DNA of 63,926 nt, the filler included, from Barthelona sp. PAP020 (Eukaryota), in the NCBI GenBank assembly GCA_040182905.1. It is 4 parts of 4 records of this genome, joined end to end, with 100 filler letters (N's around TTAATTAATTAA, not from the genome) between each part and the next. Parts side by side here need not be neighbours in the genome. Positions count along the whole stretch, not along the records: positions 1 to 18,043 come from JARQWU010000233.1; positions 18,144 to 35,931 come from JARQWU010000235.1; 2 more parts are not named here. One strand, written 5' to 3'. The notes under the pieces are model-generated. The model was given only the letters and a program-made list of their open reading frames with translations. It had not been told where the DNA came from and searched no databases. Each line of letters begins with the position of its first letter. The first letter of the stretch is position 1. The position numbers were made by a program, and so were the translations under genes. Below, piece by piece: positions 10,388-20,118 of this stretch.

Positions 10388-12694
10388 ATGAAAAATTCAA
10401 TTGGTTCATATCTACGTGATCCCATTTCATTGGAAATATTATCTAATCCTGTAACTACACCATTTGGATTAACTTTTTCCAATGAATCTATATGTGAATG
10501 GTTAGAAATTGAAGAATTTTGTCCATATACAAGAAAATTACTAACAAAGAATGATTTATTCGAAAATTATATGGTAAATGAGATATTAAATGAAATTTCT
10601 GTATTATATGTACATTATATTGATAAGAATGGATATACTAATTTCACCAACGCTCTATTAAATGAAAATTATGATGATGCCAGTTATTATTTGAATAGAG
10701 GGAGTGATATTAATTTCATTTTAGATAATGAAGAAGGAGATAATTTATTAACGTTATGTTGTCGTAAAGGGTTGATTAATAGTGTAAAATATTTAATAGA
10801 ACATGATTTTAATGTAAATGAAAAGAATTCGAAAGGTTTAACGGGTTTATGTATTGCATGTCAATACAATTATTTGAATATTGTTGAATATTTATTGGAT
10901 AATGGTGCAGATGTATGGTTAGTTGACAAAAAGATGAGTCCTTTTCGGTTGAACAGAGATGAAAACATATTAAAATTTTTTACTGATTGTTTAGCTGTTA
11001 ATAATGTAATAACTGGGGATGAAGATCTTGAAGATGAAAAGGTAATTGTAGCTTATTTGAATAAATTTGTGAAATTGGGTTATTATCCAGCAATTTTCGA
11101 ATTATTACCTAAAATTAAGACTAAATCAGCCATTTTAGAACGAATATTTCGTATGGCTTGTTCTTTTGGTGATATATTTCTTATTGATCATTTTATTAAA
11201 GAAATATTCCCTTCAAATTATGATATAAATTCAATTTCTTCTCAAAAAGGGCATAATCCCTTACATTTGGCTTCAATTCATGGACAATTGGAAGTTGTTG
11301 AATATTTGCTTCAGTTGGATAAAGTTGATATCGACTCAAGACTTAAAGATGGTTCTTCTTCTTTATTTTTGAGTATCACTGGTAATCTATTTGATATTGC
11401 TGTGAAATTGTTGGAGAATAATGCAATTGTTGATGTTAATTGTATTGCTAAGGCTATAGAAATTGGTAATTTGGATTTGTTAAAAATTATTTTTGATTAT
11501 TCTAAAATTGATATTGAAGATACCTCCTCATTGTATTTAAATGGCACTTTTTTATTTTTAGCGGCCAAATATAATCATGAAGATATTGTTGAATATTTAT
11601 TGACTGTAAAGCAGGCAAATCCAAACCATGTAACCAAGTATAATGGAGAAACTGCTTTATTTCGTGCAGCTAAACTTGGTAACAGGTCAATGTTTTTATT
11701 ACTTCTTGAAGCAGGTTGTGATCCAAATATCCGAAGGAATGATTCTTTGCAAGTTATTCATTTATTGGCTCGAGCAAAATTTGTGGAATTAGCTGAGTTA
11801 ATCGTGGATAAAATTGATATTAATTCAAGGTCATCCGATTCATTCACTCCTTTGTTGTTGGCATCTTTTGTTGGTTCCACACAAATGATAGAATTGTTAT
11901 TATCTAAAGGTGCAGATGTTGAATTGGAAAGAATTGATGGTGCAACTCCTTTATATATTGCTTGTTTGACGGGAAATCTACAAAATGTGCAGTTATTAGT
12001 AGAAGCAGGTGCTGATATCAATACTCAAAAAAAACATACCAATGCAACACCCCTATTATGTTCAACTCATCAACGTATTCCTGAAATTGTTCAATATCTA
12101 TTGGAAAATGGCGCAAACCCAGATTTAAGTGATTCAAATGGTTTAACACCGTTACATTGCGCAACTTATTACTCACAATACGTTATAGTTTCACTATTAA
12201 TAGATTTTAAAGCAGATATTTTTCTTCATCGTGATGATGATGGTTCAGCGTTGTCTTTGGCATGTGAAGTTGGAGATGCAACACTTGTTAAAATGCTTCT
12301 GGAGATGGGTTGCAATGTGAATGAAGTTTCAAGAAATATGACTCCAATTTTCATGGCCATCAAACATGGTCACATCAACGTTGTTGAATTATTAATTCAC
12401 ATGAATGCGGATCTTGAATATATGACAGATAATGGTTGTACCCCTCTTTTATTGGCTGTTGATCGAGGAGATTTCGATATTATGTATTTATTGGTTGATA
12501 ATGGGGCTGATATGAATCATAAAGGTGCTAAAGGTTTTTCACCCTTGTGGTGGGCTTGTAATTTGGGGCATAAGAATATTGCCATTTTTTTGGTTCACAA
12601 AGGTGCTGATAAAAATGAAAAATATCAAGACTTAACCCCATATCAAGTTGCAGAAAAGAAAGGATTCCATGAAATAATTAGTTTATTTAATTGA
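10388..12694 (+). CDS. U-box plus ankyrin-repeat protein (putative E3 ligase)
   Basis: U-box YLRDPISLEILSNPVTTPFGLTF...CPYTRKLL, then many G.TPL ankyrin repeats. Confidence 0.9.
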   Translation: MKNSIGSYLRDPISLEILSNPVTTPFGLTFSNESICEWLEIEEFCPYTRKLLTKNDLFENYMVNEILNEISVLYVHYIDKNGYTNFTNALLNENYDDASYYLNRGSDINFILDNEEGDNLLTLCCRKGLINSVKYLIEHDFNVNEKNSKGLTGLCIACQYNYLNIVEYLLDNGADVWLVDKKMSPFRLNRDENILKFFTDCLAVNNVITGDEDLEDEKVIVAYLNKFVKLGYYPAIFELLPKIKTKSAILERIFRMACSFGDIFLIDHFIKEIFPSNYDINSISSQKGHNPLHLASIHGQLEVVEYLLQLDKVDIDSRLKDGSSSLFLSITGNLFDIAVKLLENNAIVDVNCIAKAIEIGNLDLLKIIFDYSKIDIEDTSSLYLNGTFLFLAAKYNHEDIVEYLLTVKQANPNHVTKYNGETALFRAAKLGNRSMFLLLLEAGCDPNIRRNDSLQVIHLLARAKFVELAELIVDKIDINSRSSDSFTPLLLASFVGSTQMIELLLSKGADVELERIDGATPLYIACLTGNLQNVQLLVEAGADINTQKKHTNATPLLCSTHQRIPEIVQYLLENGANPDLSDSNGLTPLHCATYYSQYVIVSLLIDFKADIFLHRDDDGSALSLACEVGDATLVKMLLEMGCNVNEVSRNMTPIFMAIKHGHINVVELLIHMNADLEYMTDNGCTPLLLAVDRGDFDIMYLLVDNGADMNHKGAKGFSPLWWACNLGHKNIAIFLVHKGADKNEKYQDLTPYQVAEKKGFHEIISLFN

Positions 12695-13422
12695 TTAATT
12701 TTGTAAATAAGTTAAGATGTTTTTTGTTTTGTTTCAAGGAAATTCCAAATTTAATAAATAGTTGACAATAAACAAATGAATGAATATAATAATGATATGT
12801 TTTTTTATAATTATGATTGAATTGTGGCAAACTTAACATGAAACAAATTAATCAACAAATTTAAAATCCAATTTTTTAAATTGTATAATAAATAAAGTTA
12901 AAAAACAGTTATAATTATAAAGACAGCAATATTACCAATGATTTGAAGTTTTTTTAAATGAGTGATAAATCAATAAACAACACTCTTAACAATAGAAGAC
13001 TAGGGCTAAAAATAAACTAAATAAAGATAATCCTTTGTTCAGCGCTGGTTCAACCGTCTTAATAATCCATGAAAAATTAAACAAGAATTGGTTTTTTTTT
13101 TCTCGTTCATTTATATTTTTAAACGAATGAAATTTTTATGAAAACATTCAATGATTTGTGTTTTTCGTTTTTCTTTTGAAAAAAATTGTAATATGTTTCA
13201 GTTCTGTGTGATAGTTCTATGAAGATTAATCACAAATAAACAATATAAACAATAATGAACCCAAAAAACCAAAAAAATAAATGGACCTCATTCTCTCAAT
13301 TGAATAATTAACGATAACAAGACAGTGTATAGAACTTTATGTTGCAACAAAATACAAAAGATGATGTGTATCTTGTTGAATTCATGTTGAAATTCTCAAA
13401 ATGAAATTCTAAAAATATAGGG

Positions 13423-16400
13423 TTGATTTTTTTTAAAACAATTTTTCCCCTTATAACTTCCGAAAATTCGATTTTAGGGAATGAAATTATAGAAGATATG
13501 GTAATTAAAGATCAGAGGAACGGTAATGTTCCATCAATACCCTCAATCAACATCACTTCGATTGTTGATGATAATTTTCAATATTCTCGATCAACTCGTA
13601 GAAAAGCAGGGTCTACAACTGATTTTGACACATGTGATCGAGAGGAAGGAAGTATTAAAACCGATTTAATTGCCAAAGCATGTGGTTGTGCTTCTTTGTT
13701 AAGAATGACTTCAATTTCCATTTTATTGAGAGAGCATGAATCTAATAAAAATGTTGATTCACCACAAATAATTAATCTTAATCGATATTCCAGTTTACAT
13801 AATAAAATGGCGCAATTAAAGGATAAAGATTTTGTTTTTAAGACTCCATTATATAAATTATTGCATGAATTACAGCATGAAATTAAAACTTGTTCATTTA
13901 ACAGATTACCTGAGTTAAATCAAATTGTCTTTGATCTATTGATAGCAGCTTTCTTGAAAAATTGTTACAAATCTCATGAACAAAAGGTGATTGCTCGACT
14001 TGTTTGTTTATTATGTGAGAAGCATTCAAGTTGTGCTTCTTTCTTCTTTCATCACATTGTCAACATTGTGAATCGAAGTATCAATTTATTGGATAGTCCT
14101 AATGGTTTATCTAAAGAGATTGATTTATGCATTGTTTTTGTGAATTCTGTTGGTTTAGATGCTTTTACCGATGATAATTGTCGCTTGATATTACCAATGC
14201 TTTTAGATTTAAAAAGAAGTGTAATCACATTTAGCAATGTTGTTTCGTTTAATACGTTTAGTGAGTTGATGCAGAAATTCATGCTACTTTCTGCCAAGAT
14301 ATTGAGACGTTTACAAAATTCATGTTATGCCGCAGCTGCTGCTTTGAGTGCCATATTAATACCACCATTGCAAACAGGAGGATTTTGGACAAAGTTATTA
14401 CTGAGACACGTGCACAACTCTTTCATCAATGATAATGGACAAATTGCTGAATTTTTACTTGAGGTCAATAAAACAATTCTTTATTTATCCAATTTTGGTT
14501 TTGAAGAATTTAAGACTGTTATTCGTTTTGGTTTACTGTTTCAACAAAAGATCTTATTGTCGCCACGCTTAAAGGATACTTTTAGATATAGTGCAGCGAA
14601 TTTTTTCAATATTCGAACAAAGAAATACAGACAAAGAAATTGGCAGTCATCATTCAACAATCAGTTTGAACACCACAATAATCAAATGATTCAAAGCAGA
14701 TTGAACAAAAATTCAAATGATTTCTATGGAGCACCCTTAGCAACTAACTATTTTGATCTTTATGAAAATAGGGAAATAACAATGTTGTTTAATCTTTTCC
14801 CTATTTTTACTTCTTTTTACTCAAGAGCAAGTACACAAGACGTTGAAGAAGCTATTAGTGTGATTATACCATTTTATAGTGCTCTTTTAATTGATTTGAT
14901 TGGAAAATTTGTTATGAAGCCATCAGAATATTATGTGGAAAAAATGATACCCATCTTTAAGTTTTTAATCAAAGGATTACACCACAATCATTCTATATTC
15001 TCCACTAGTATTAAAGAATTTCGTATTGTCCAATTATGTTCATATTTATTGTTCAGAGATGAAAGTTCCAATTGTAAAAGAGAAGAAGATATTGAGGAGA
15101 ACCAAAACGAAGACGATGTGGACAATATCGATGAAGTTTGGTCTTCTGATGAAGATAATTGGATTTCAGATGATGATGATGGGTTAAGACCAATGACTCC
15201 AGACAAAGATCATGATTTTGTACCTATTTTATCATTTAACAATAAGACGATTGAATCACTTTTTCAACCATGCAGTTGTATCATATGCAAATGGCCTGAA
15301 TTACATGTTAATGTATTAGAGATCATTTTTGCTTCCATAATTGGTGATGATGATCTGTTAGATAAACAGTTTTCACATGAATATGAATATTCCCCAGAAA
15401 TATTTGATATTTTTCCACCATTATTATTTCATTTGAATTGCACAACGCATTCAAATATCATATCTGCATTGATCTCTCGATTTCCTTCACATAGAATTGG
15501 TTGCATTATTCTCTTGAGATTGTTGTGTGCCCATGTATTCACACCACCACCATGCACCTTTTTGAAGCGTTTTGCTCATGGAGCCTTTGGTTATGTTGAA
15601 GGAGCTGTCAAAACTATTGGTGTATCACAGTCAATTTGTATCAAATCTCAACCTTTACCACTAACTGCTGAATCTATTGGTGCCGGTAGTTCCATCAGTC
15701 GTATATATACAGAAACTTTGACCCATGTGTTAGCTGACAGATATATGGTTGGTGTCCCTTCATCTTGTGTGCATTTATTGGATTATGGACTCTGGAATGG
15801 TTGTTTTGTCTTGGTGATGGAACGTTGTGTGTGTTCTTTGAGCCAATGGAGATCAAAAATCGTCAATCCAAATCCTTTGTTGTTATTGAACATATTTCGA
15901 GATATAGTTCAAGCAGTGTTGAATATGACTAAACGTGGTGTGGTACATTACGATTTAAAATGTGACAACATTCTTCTTAACGTGTCAACCCCCATACCAT
16001 CCAAAAATTTTTATCAACCAGCGGATAATATACCCAAGTTTAATGTGAGGATTGGAGATTTTGGAGAAGCTTTACCTATTAATGCTTCTCCAACCATCTA
16101 TTCAAGAGTTAGAGGGACAGAATGTATAAGACCACCTGAGATATTGAATGCGGATAATTTTTTATACGAAAAGGATAGGGATAGGAGAGTAAAATTTTCC
16201 CATTCAAAGAGTGATATCTGGGCTTTAGGATGTTTGTTATATGAATTATTCACAACCGAGTTTTTGTTTAGTGGGGAGAATGCATTAACAATCTTAGCTC
16301 CTGATAGTAATCAACATATATTGAGCAAACAACAGAAGAAGAAATTACCCCCCTTTGTTATTGGGTTATTGGAATACATATTACAACGTGATTTGAAACA

Positions 16401-17265
16401 AAGACCTGCTATAACTGATGTATTAGCAAAAATCAATCTTCATGCTACATTCTATGAGCATTCGAGTTCCAACCAACAATTGAACAACAATCAATTTAAT
16501 TCTAGCAACAATCAAAAGAATGTTGCTTCACAATTTGATGATGATTTGGGAATCGAACATAAATCAATAACTCTTGATTTACCAAATTTGAATTTGAATT
16601 TTGAATTTAAATTTTTAGATGATTGTGTTGTTACTTTATTACCCAATCGAAATAAGAGTCATGACTGTGAAATATTTATTTTAAATGATGAGAATATTAA
16701 AGAACCTACCTTATTAGGAGACTTATGGATTAGATATCAAGCAAAAAGAACTCAAAAGACTAAAATTCAACTTGTTTTACTAGATATCAACATGAATGTG
16801 ACAAAGTTTTTGGTTAAATTTGTTAATCTAGCTTTAAACTACGAATTTTATCCAGCTCACTGTTTATTGAGGAGAAAGTTACCTTTTTTACCTCCAATCT
16901 GGCCAAGACCAGAGTTTCAATTTTCTTTTGACAGAAATTCCATCCCAATTTTGGTATGTAGTTGCGGTTTATATATTTTTTTCAGTGAGATTATTAATGT
17001 TCAAAAACCTTTGCAGTGTTTTTGCAATGTTGATATTGGTAATCAAGATAAAGAATCTAAGATCATTAATTGTAGAGGTGATTGCATCAAAAATACTCTT
17101 TGGTATGAAATTTCTAAAGAAACAGCCTTGAAAATATATGGCAGGAGTGAACAAATCCTTGATAGTTATGATGAAGGTAATTTCAGGCAATATGTTTGTG
17201 GTAAATGTGGTGTCACAATATTTGTTGAAACAAACAATGGATTTTTTGTTGGTACAAATCCATAA
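13423..17265 (+). CDS. Large Ser/Thr protein kinase with Cys-rich C-terminus
   Basis: Motifs HGAFG, CIK, HYDLKCDN, DFG, RGTECIRPPE and DIWALG. The start is uncertain; the first in-frame ATG is 13498. Confidence 0.85.
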   Translation: MIFFKTIFPLITSENSILGNEIIEDMVIKDQRNGNVPSIPSINITSIVDDNFQYSRSTRRKAGSTTDFDTCDREEGSIKTDLIAKACGCASLLRMTSISILLREHESNKNVDSPQIINLNRYSSLHNKMAQLKDKDFVFKTPLYKLLHELQHEIKTCSFNRLPELNQIVFDLLIAAFLKNCYKSHEQKVIARLVCLLCEKHSSCASFFFHHIVNIVNRSINLLDSPNGLSKEIDLCIVFVNSVGLDAFTDDNCRLILPMLLDLKRSVITFSNVVSFNTFSELMQKFMLLSAKILRRLQNSCYAAAAALSAILIPPLQTGGFWTKLLLRHVHNSFINDNGQIAEFLLEVNKTILYLSNFGFEEFKTVIRFGLLFQQKILLSPRLKDTFRYSAANFFNIRTKKYRQRNWQSSFNNQFEHHNNQMIQSRLNKNSNDFYGAPLATNYFDLYENREITMLFNLFPIFTSFYSRASTQDVEEAISVIIPFYSALLIDLIGKFVMKPSEYYVEKMIPIFKFLIKGLHHNHSIFSTSIKEFRIVQLCSYLLFRDESSNCKREEDIEENQNEDDVDNIDEVWSSDEDNWISDDDDGLRPMTPDKDHDFVPILSFNNKTIESLFQPCSCIICKWPELHVNVLEIIFASIIGDDDLLDKQFSHEYEYSPEIFDIFPPLLFHLNCTTHSNIISALISRFPSHRIGCIILLRLLCAHVFTPPPCTFLKRFAHGAFGYVEGAVKTIGVSQSICIKSQPLPLTAESIGAGSSISRIYTETLTHVLADRYMVGVPSSCVHLLDYGLWNGCFVLVMERCVCSLSQWRSKIVNPNPLLLLNIFRDIVQAVLNMTKRGVVHYDLKCDNILLNVSTPIPSKNFYQPADNIPKFNVRIGDFGEALPINASPTIYSRVRGTECIRPPEILNADNFLYEKDRDRRVKFSHSKSDIWALGCLLYELFTTEFLFSGENALTILAPDSNQHILSKQQKKKLPPFVIGLLEYILQRDLKQRPAITDVLAKINLHATFYEHSSSNQQLNNNQFNSSNNQKNVASQFDDDLGIEHKSITLDLPNLNLNFEFKFLDDCVVTLLPNRNKSHDCEIFILNDENIKEPTLLGDLWIRYQAKRTQKTKIQLVLLDINMNVTKFLVKFVNLALNYEFYPAHCLLRRKLPFLPPIWPRPEFQFSFDRNSIPILVCSCGLYIFFSEIINVQKPLQCFCNVDIGNQDKESKIINCRGDCIKNTLWYEISKETALKIYGRSEQILDSYDEGNFRQYVCGKCGVTIFVETNNGFFVGTNP

Positions 17266-17541
17266 TTATTTGGGCTTGACTTTTTAATTTCAATTTATTT
17301 ATTTTTAAATTGACCGTAAACAATAGTCTTTATTTTTTTTTTTTTGATTAACTTTTTATTCCAACGTTTTTACAAACACTTATAATTCAGGAAAGCATGA
17401 AAGAATATGAACATTGAAAAAAATTAAACCTTGATGTGTTATTTACCAAATGGTGTTGAATCTACCTGTCAAAGCAAAGCCTTCACAAAAAAAAAAAATC
17501 TAAAAATCACTGTTGCTTTACGAAATTCCCAAAATACTTTA

Positions 17542-18043
17542 TCAGATGTAAGTGTTAACCTTGCCATCCAAAATTTTCTTGACTGAAATATTTTTCATAT
17601 TTCTACTGAACAATTCTCTGTTTTTGACTTCTAAACTAAATGTCACATCACTAAACAAACTTGGAATTAAATCAGTCCTCAAAACATTTTCTAACTCTTC
17701 AGAAATAGCCATCCTGCTGCTAATGTGTTCAATGAAATACTCAAAAAATTCACTACCAGAACTAATATCATCTAAAATAAGCTCATCACCATCCAATTTA
17801 ATGAGACATAACAAATAGAACAGTATAGGTCTTTGATAAATATAGGGTTGCAAAGGTAATTCAAGTAAAGATATTCTTAGCAAAATTGTTGTGACTTCTT
17901 TACCAAATTTCAGCAAAAGGGGAATTAAATTCTCAAAATTCTCAACTTGATTGGCATATTCCAACATTCTGAATGAACAACCAATAAAGAATTCTTTAAT
18001 ATCATCATTTTCAGAGGCTAATTGAATATTGTGTTCATATATA
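17542..18043 (-). CDS. 3' part of an unknown protein, truncated by the linker
   Basis: The reading frame appears to run from the gap edge to TGA at 17542. Confidence 0.55.
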
Positions 18044-18143
18044 NNNNNNNNNNNNNNNNNNNNNNNNNNNNNNNNNNNNNNNNNNNNTTAATTAATTAAN
18101 NNNNNNNNNNNNNNNNNNNNNNNNNNNNNNNNNNNNNNNNNNN
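18044..18143. other. Artificial contig linker
   Basis: 44N-TTAATTAATTAA-44N, with stops in all six frames. Confidence 0.95.
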
Positions 18144-18298
18144 GAAAACTTCAAAGAGAAATGGAGTTACGTGAGGAAGAAGAGTTAAGAAGAGAAAAAG
18201 AAGAAAATGCCAGGATTGTGAAGGAAGCTAGAGAAAAGAAGTTAGCTGAAATGCGAGCATTGGGGATTGAATCATTTGCCATGTCAGCTAAACTTTAA
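18144..18298 (+). CDS. 3' end of a CFAP45/trichoplein-like coiled-coil protein (partial)
   Basis: KLQREMELREEEELRREKEENARIVKEAREKKLAEMRALGIESFAMSAKL*, which resembles the CFAP45 C-terminal KKLxELRxxG motif. Confidence 0.55.
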
Positions 18299-18493
18299 TT
18301 TTTCATTAAATTCAGAAGCGATATTAATTGTAAAAGCATATATAAATTATTTTTGTTTTTTGTATTTTTGTATTTTTTTCTTTTGTTTCTTACTATAAAG
18401 ATCAACTTTTTGTGAAGTGTATTGATTGAAAATACAAGGAATAAAGTGTTGAATTTCCCTTTCAAATGTTTGATAAAAGAAAAATATTTTTTT

Positions 18494-18502
18494 TTGCCTG
18501 CA
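18494..18502 (+). promoter_or_regulatory. Upstream motif TTGCCTGCA
   Basis: Ends 30 nt before the PCH2 ATG. Confidence 0.6.
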
Positions 18503-18532
18503 CTGTTCGATGCACATTAAAATATTTTACTT

Positions 18533-19759
18533 ATGTCATCCAACAATATTGATGTAATTGTAGAAATTATAATATCTGATCAATTTCAAGATGATAATGA
18601 TACTTTAAAAGAAAATGTTGAAGCATACATTAAGAACAATTATATAACTTTAAAAACAGTAGAAATCAATATCGATGATATTGATTCGAGTAATATATAT
18701 CTTAAAGAGAATGTTCAAAATATTGTTATCAATTGCAATAATTTAGATTCAATATTATTTTGGAATGCAAATATTGAATATTTAATTTATCAATTACATG
18801 ATCAAGAGCCTTTGAAAGAATATATTGATGAAAAAAATCAAATCACGACTTCTTGGATTCTACCAAATCGCCATTTTCTTAATTTATGGGATTCTTTAAT
18901 TTTTGATTCCAATATTAAGCATAATTTGATTTCATATTGTCAGACATCCTTACTATTTGCAAAGAAATCTATCGATTCGAACTTAGTTAATTGGAATAAG
19001 GTTATTTTATTGCATGGTCCACCTGGAACGGGAAAGACTTCTTTATGTAGGAGTTTAAGTCAAAGAATTAGTGTATTGTTATCAAAAGAATATTCTTATG
19101 GACAATTGATTGAAGTTAATACGCATTCTCTGTTTTCAAAGTTTTTTTCAGAGTCTGGAAAATTAGTTAGTCAGTTATTCAATCATGTTGAAGAGATTGC
19201 TGATGATCAAGATTGTCTTGTCTTTGTGTTGATTGATGAAGTTGAAAGTTTATCTGCTTCAAGGCAAAGGTTAAGCTCGAGTGAACCTGGGGATGCTCTT
19301 AGAGTTGTTAACGCTTTATTGACTCGTATTGACCAATTGAAACGATTGTCGAATGTTCTGATTTTGACTACGTCAAATCTATCTGAAACATTGGATCTTG
19401 CCTTTGTTGATAGAGCAGATTTAAGAACATATGTTGGTTTCCCTTCTGTTAAAGCATGCGAAAAGATATTGTCTTCTTCATCTGAAGTATTAATTAAAGC
19501 TGGTATTTTGCAGCCTTTTGACGAAAATTTGTATTTAACTGAAACTGATAATAAACTGTCTCAAAGTAATCATTTAAGTCTTGCTGAAATTTCAAAGTTG
19601 GCGAGTGAAAGAAAATTCAGTGGGAGAAGATTGAGGAAATTACCGTTTTTGGCACATGCTTTATATTTAAAAAAAAACAGCTATTCTTATAGTGAATGGT
19701 TGAGTGGGTTGAAGAATGTAATTCTGAATGAGGAAGATTCTTTTGGTGAGAATGTGTAG
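18533..19759 (+). CDS. PCH2: Pachytene checkpoint AAA+ ATPase PCH2/TRIP13
   Basis: WNKVILLHGPPGTGKTSLC, HSLFSKFFSESGKLV, LIDEVESL, DALRVVNALLT, DLAFVDRAD, SGRRLRKLPFLAHA. Confidence 0.96.
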   Translation: MSSNNIDVIVEIIISDQFQDDNDTLKENVEAYIKNNYITLKTVEINIDDIDSSNIYLKENVQNIVINCNNLDSILFWNANIEYLIYQLHDQEPLKEYIDEKNQITTSWILPNRHFLNLWDSLIFDSNIKHNLISYCQTSLLFAKKSIDSNLVNWNKVILLHGPPGTGKTSLCRSLSQRISVLLSKEYSYGQLIEVNTHSLFSKFFSESGKLVSQLFNHVEEIADDQDCLVFVLIDEVESLSASRQRLSSSEPGDALRVVNALLTRIDQLKRLSNVLILTTSNLSETLDLAFVDRADLRTYVGFPSVKACEKILSSSSEVLIKAGILQPFDENLYLTETDNKLSQSNHLSLAEISKLASERKFSGRRLRKLPFLAHALYLKKNSYSYSEWLSGLKNVILNEEDSFGENV

Positions 19760-20118
19760 TGTTTCACATCGTAGACACAGTTACTTTTTCATGGTATTTG
19801 TTCATAAATTAATTCGTGCAGAATTTGTTTCTTTTTTTGCTATTCTAAAACTCTAGATTTATCAACAATCTCTATCCGCATCTTCAAGTTTTGGTGTCCA
19901 ATTTTAAGAAGATGTGGTTATTGCGATGAATTGTAATGGATTTCTTTATATTGCATCATTTCAGGTATTAGAAAAGTTGCTCATGTATTTTTGGTTTACA
20001 TCTTAAATCGCGTCATCAGATTGAATATTTGCGTTATAAGCAGAAACAAACTGGGCAGAAAAAAAGAAAAACTTAAGTAGAAATTTACAAATTTTTCCAT
20101 TTTTGAACAAAATGAAAA

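Noticed and set aside
13361..13420. Possible fifth intron (GTATCT...TTCTAAAAATATAG) giving MMW-LIFFK for the large kinase
   Set aside because: It is frame-compatible, but the branch site lacks the pyrimidine seen in the other four introns and the added sequence looks UTR-like. Unsupported without RNA data.
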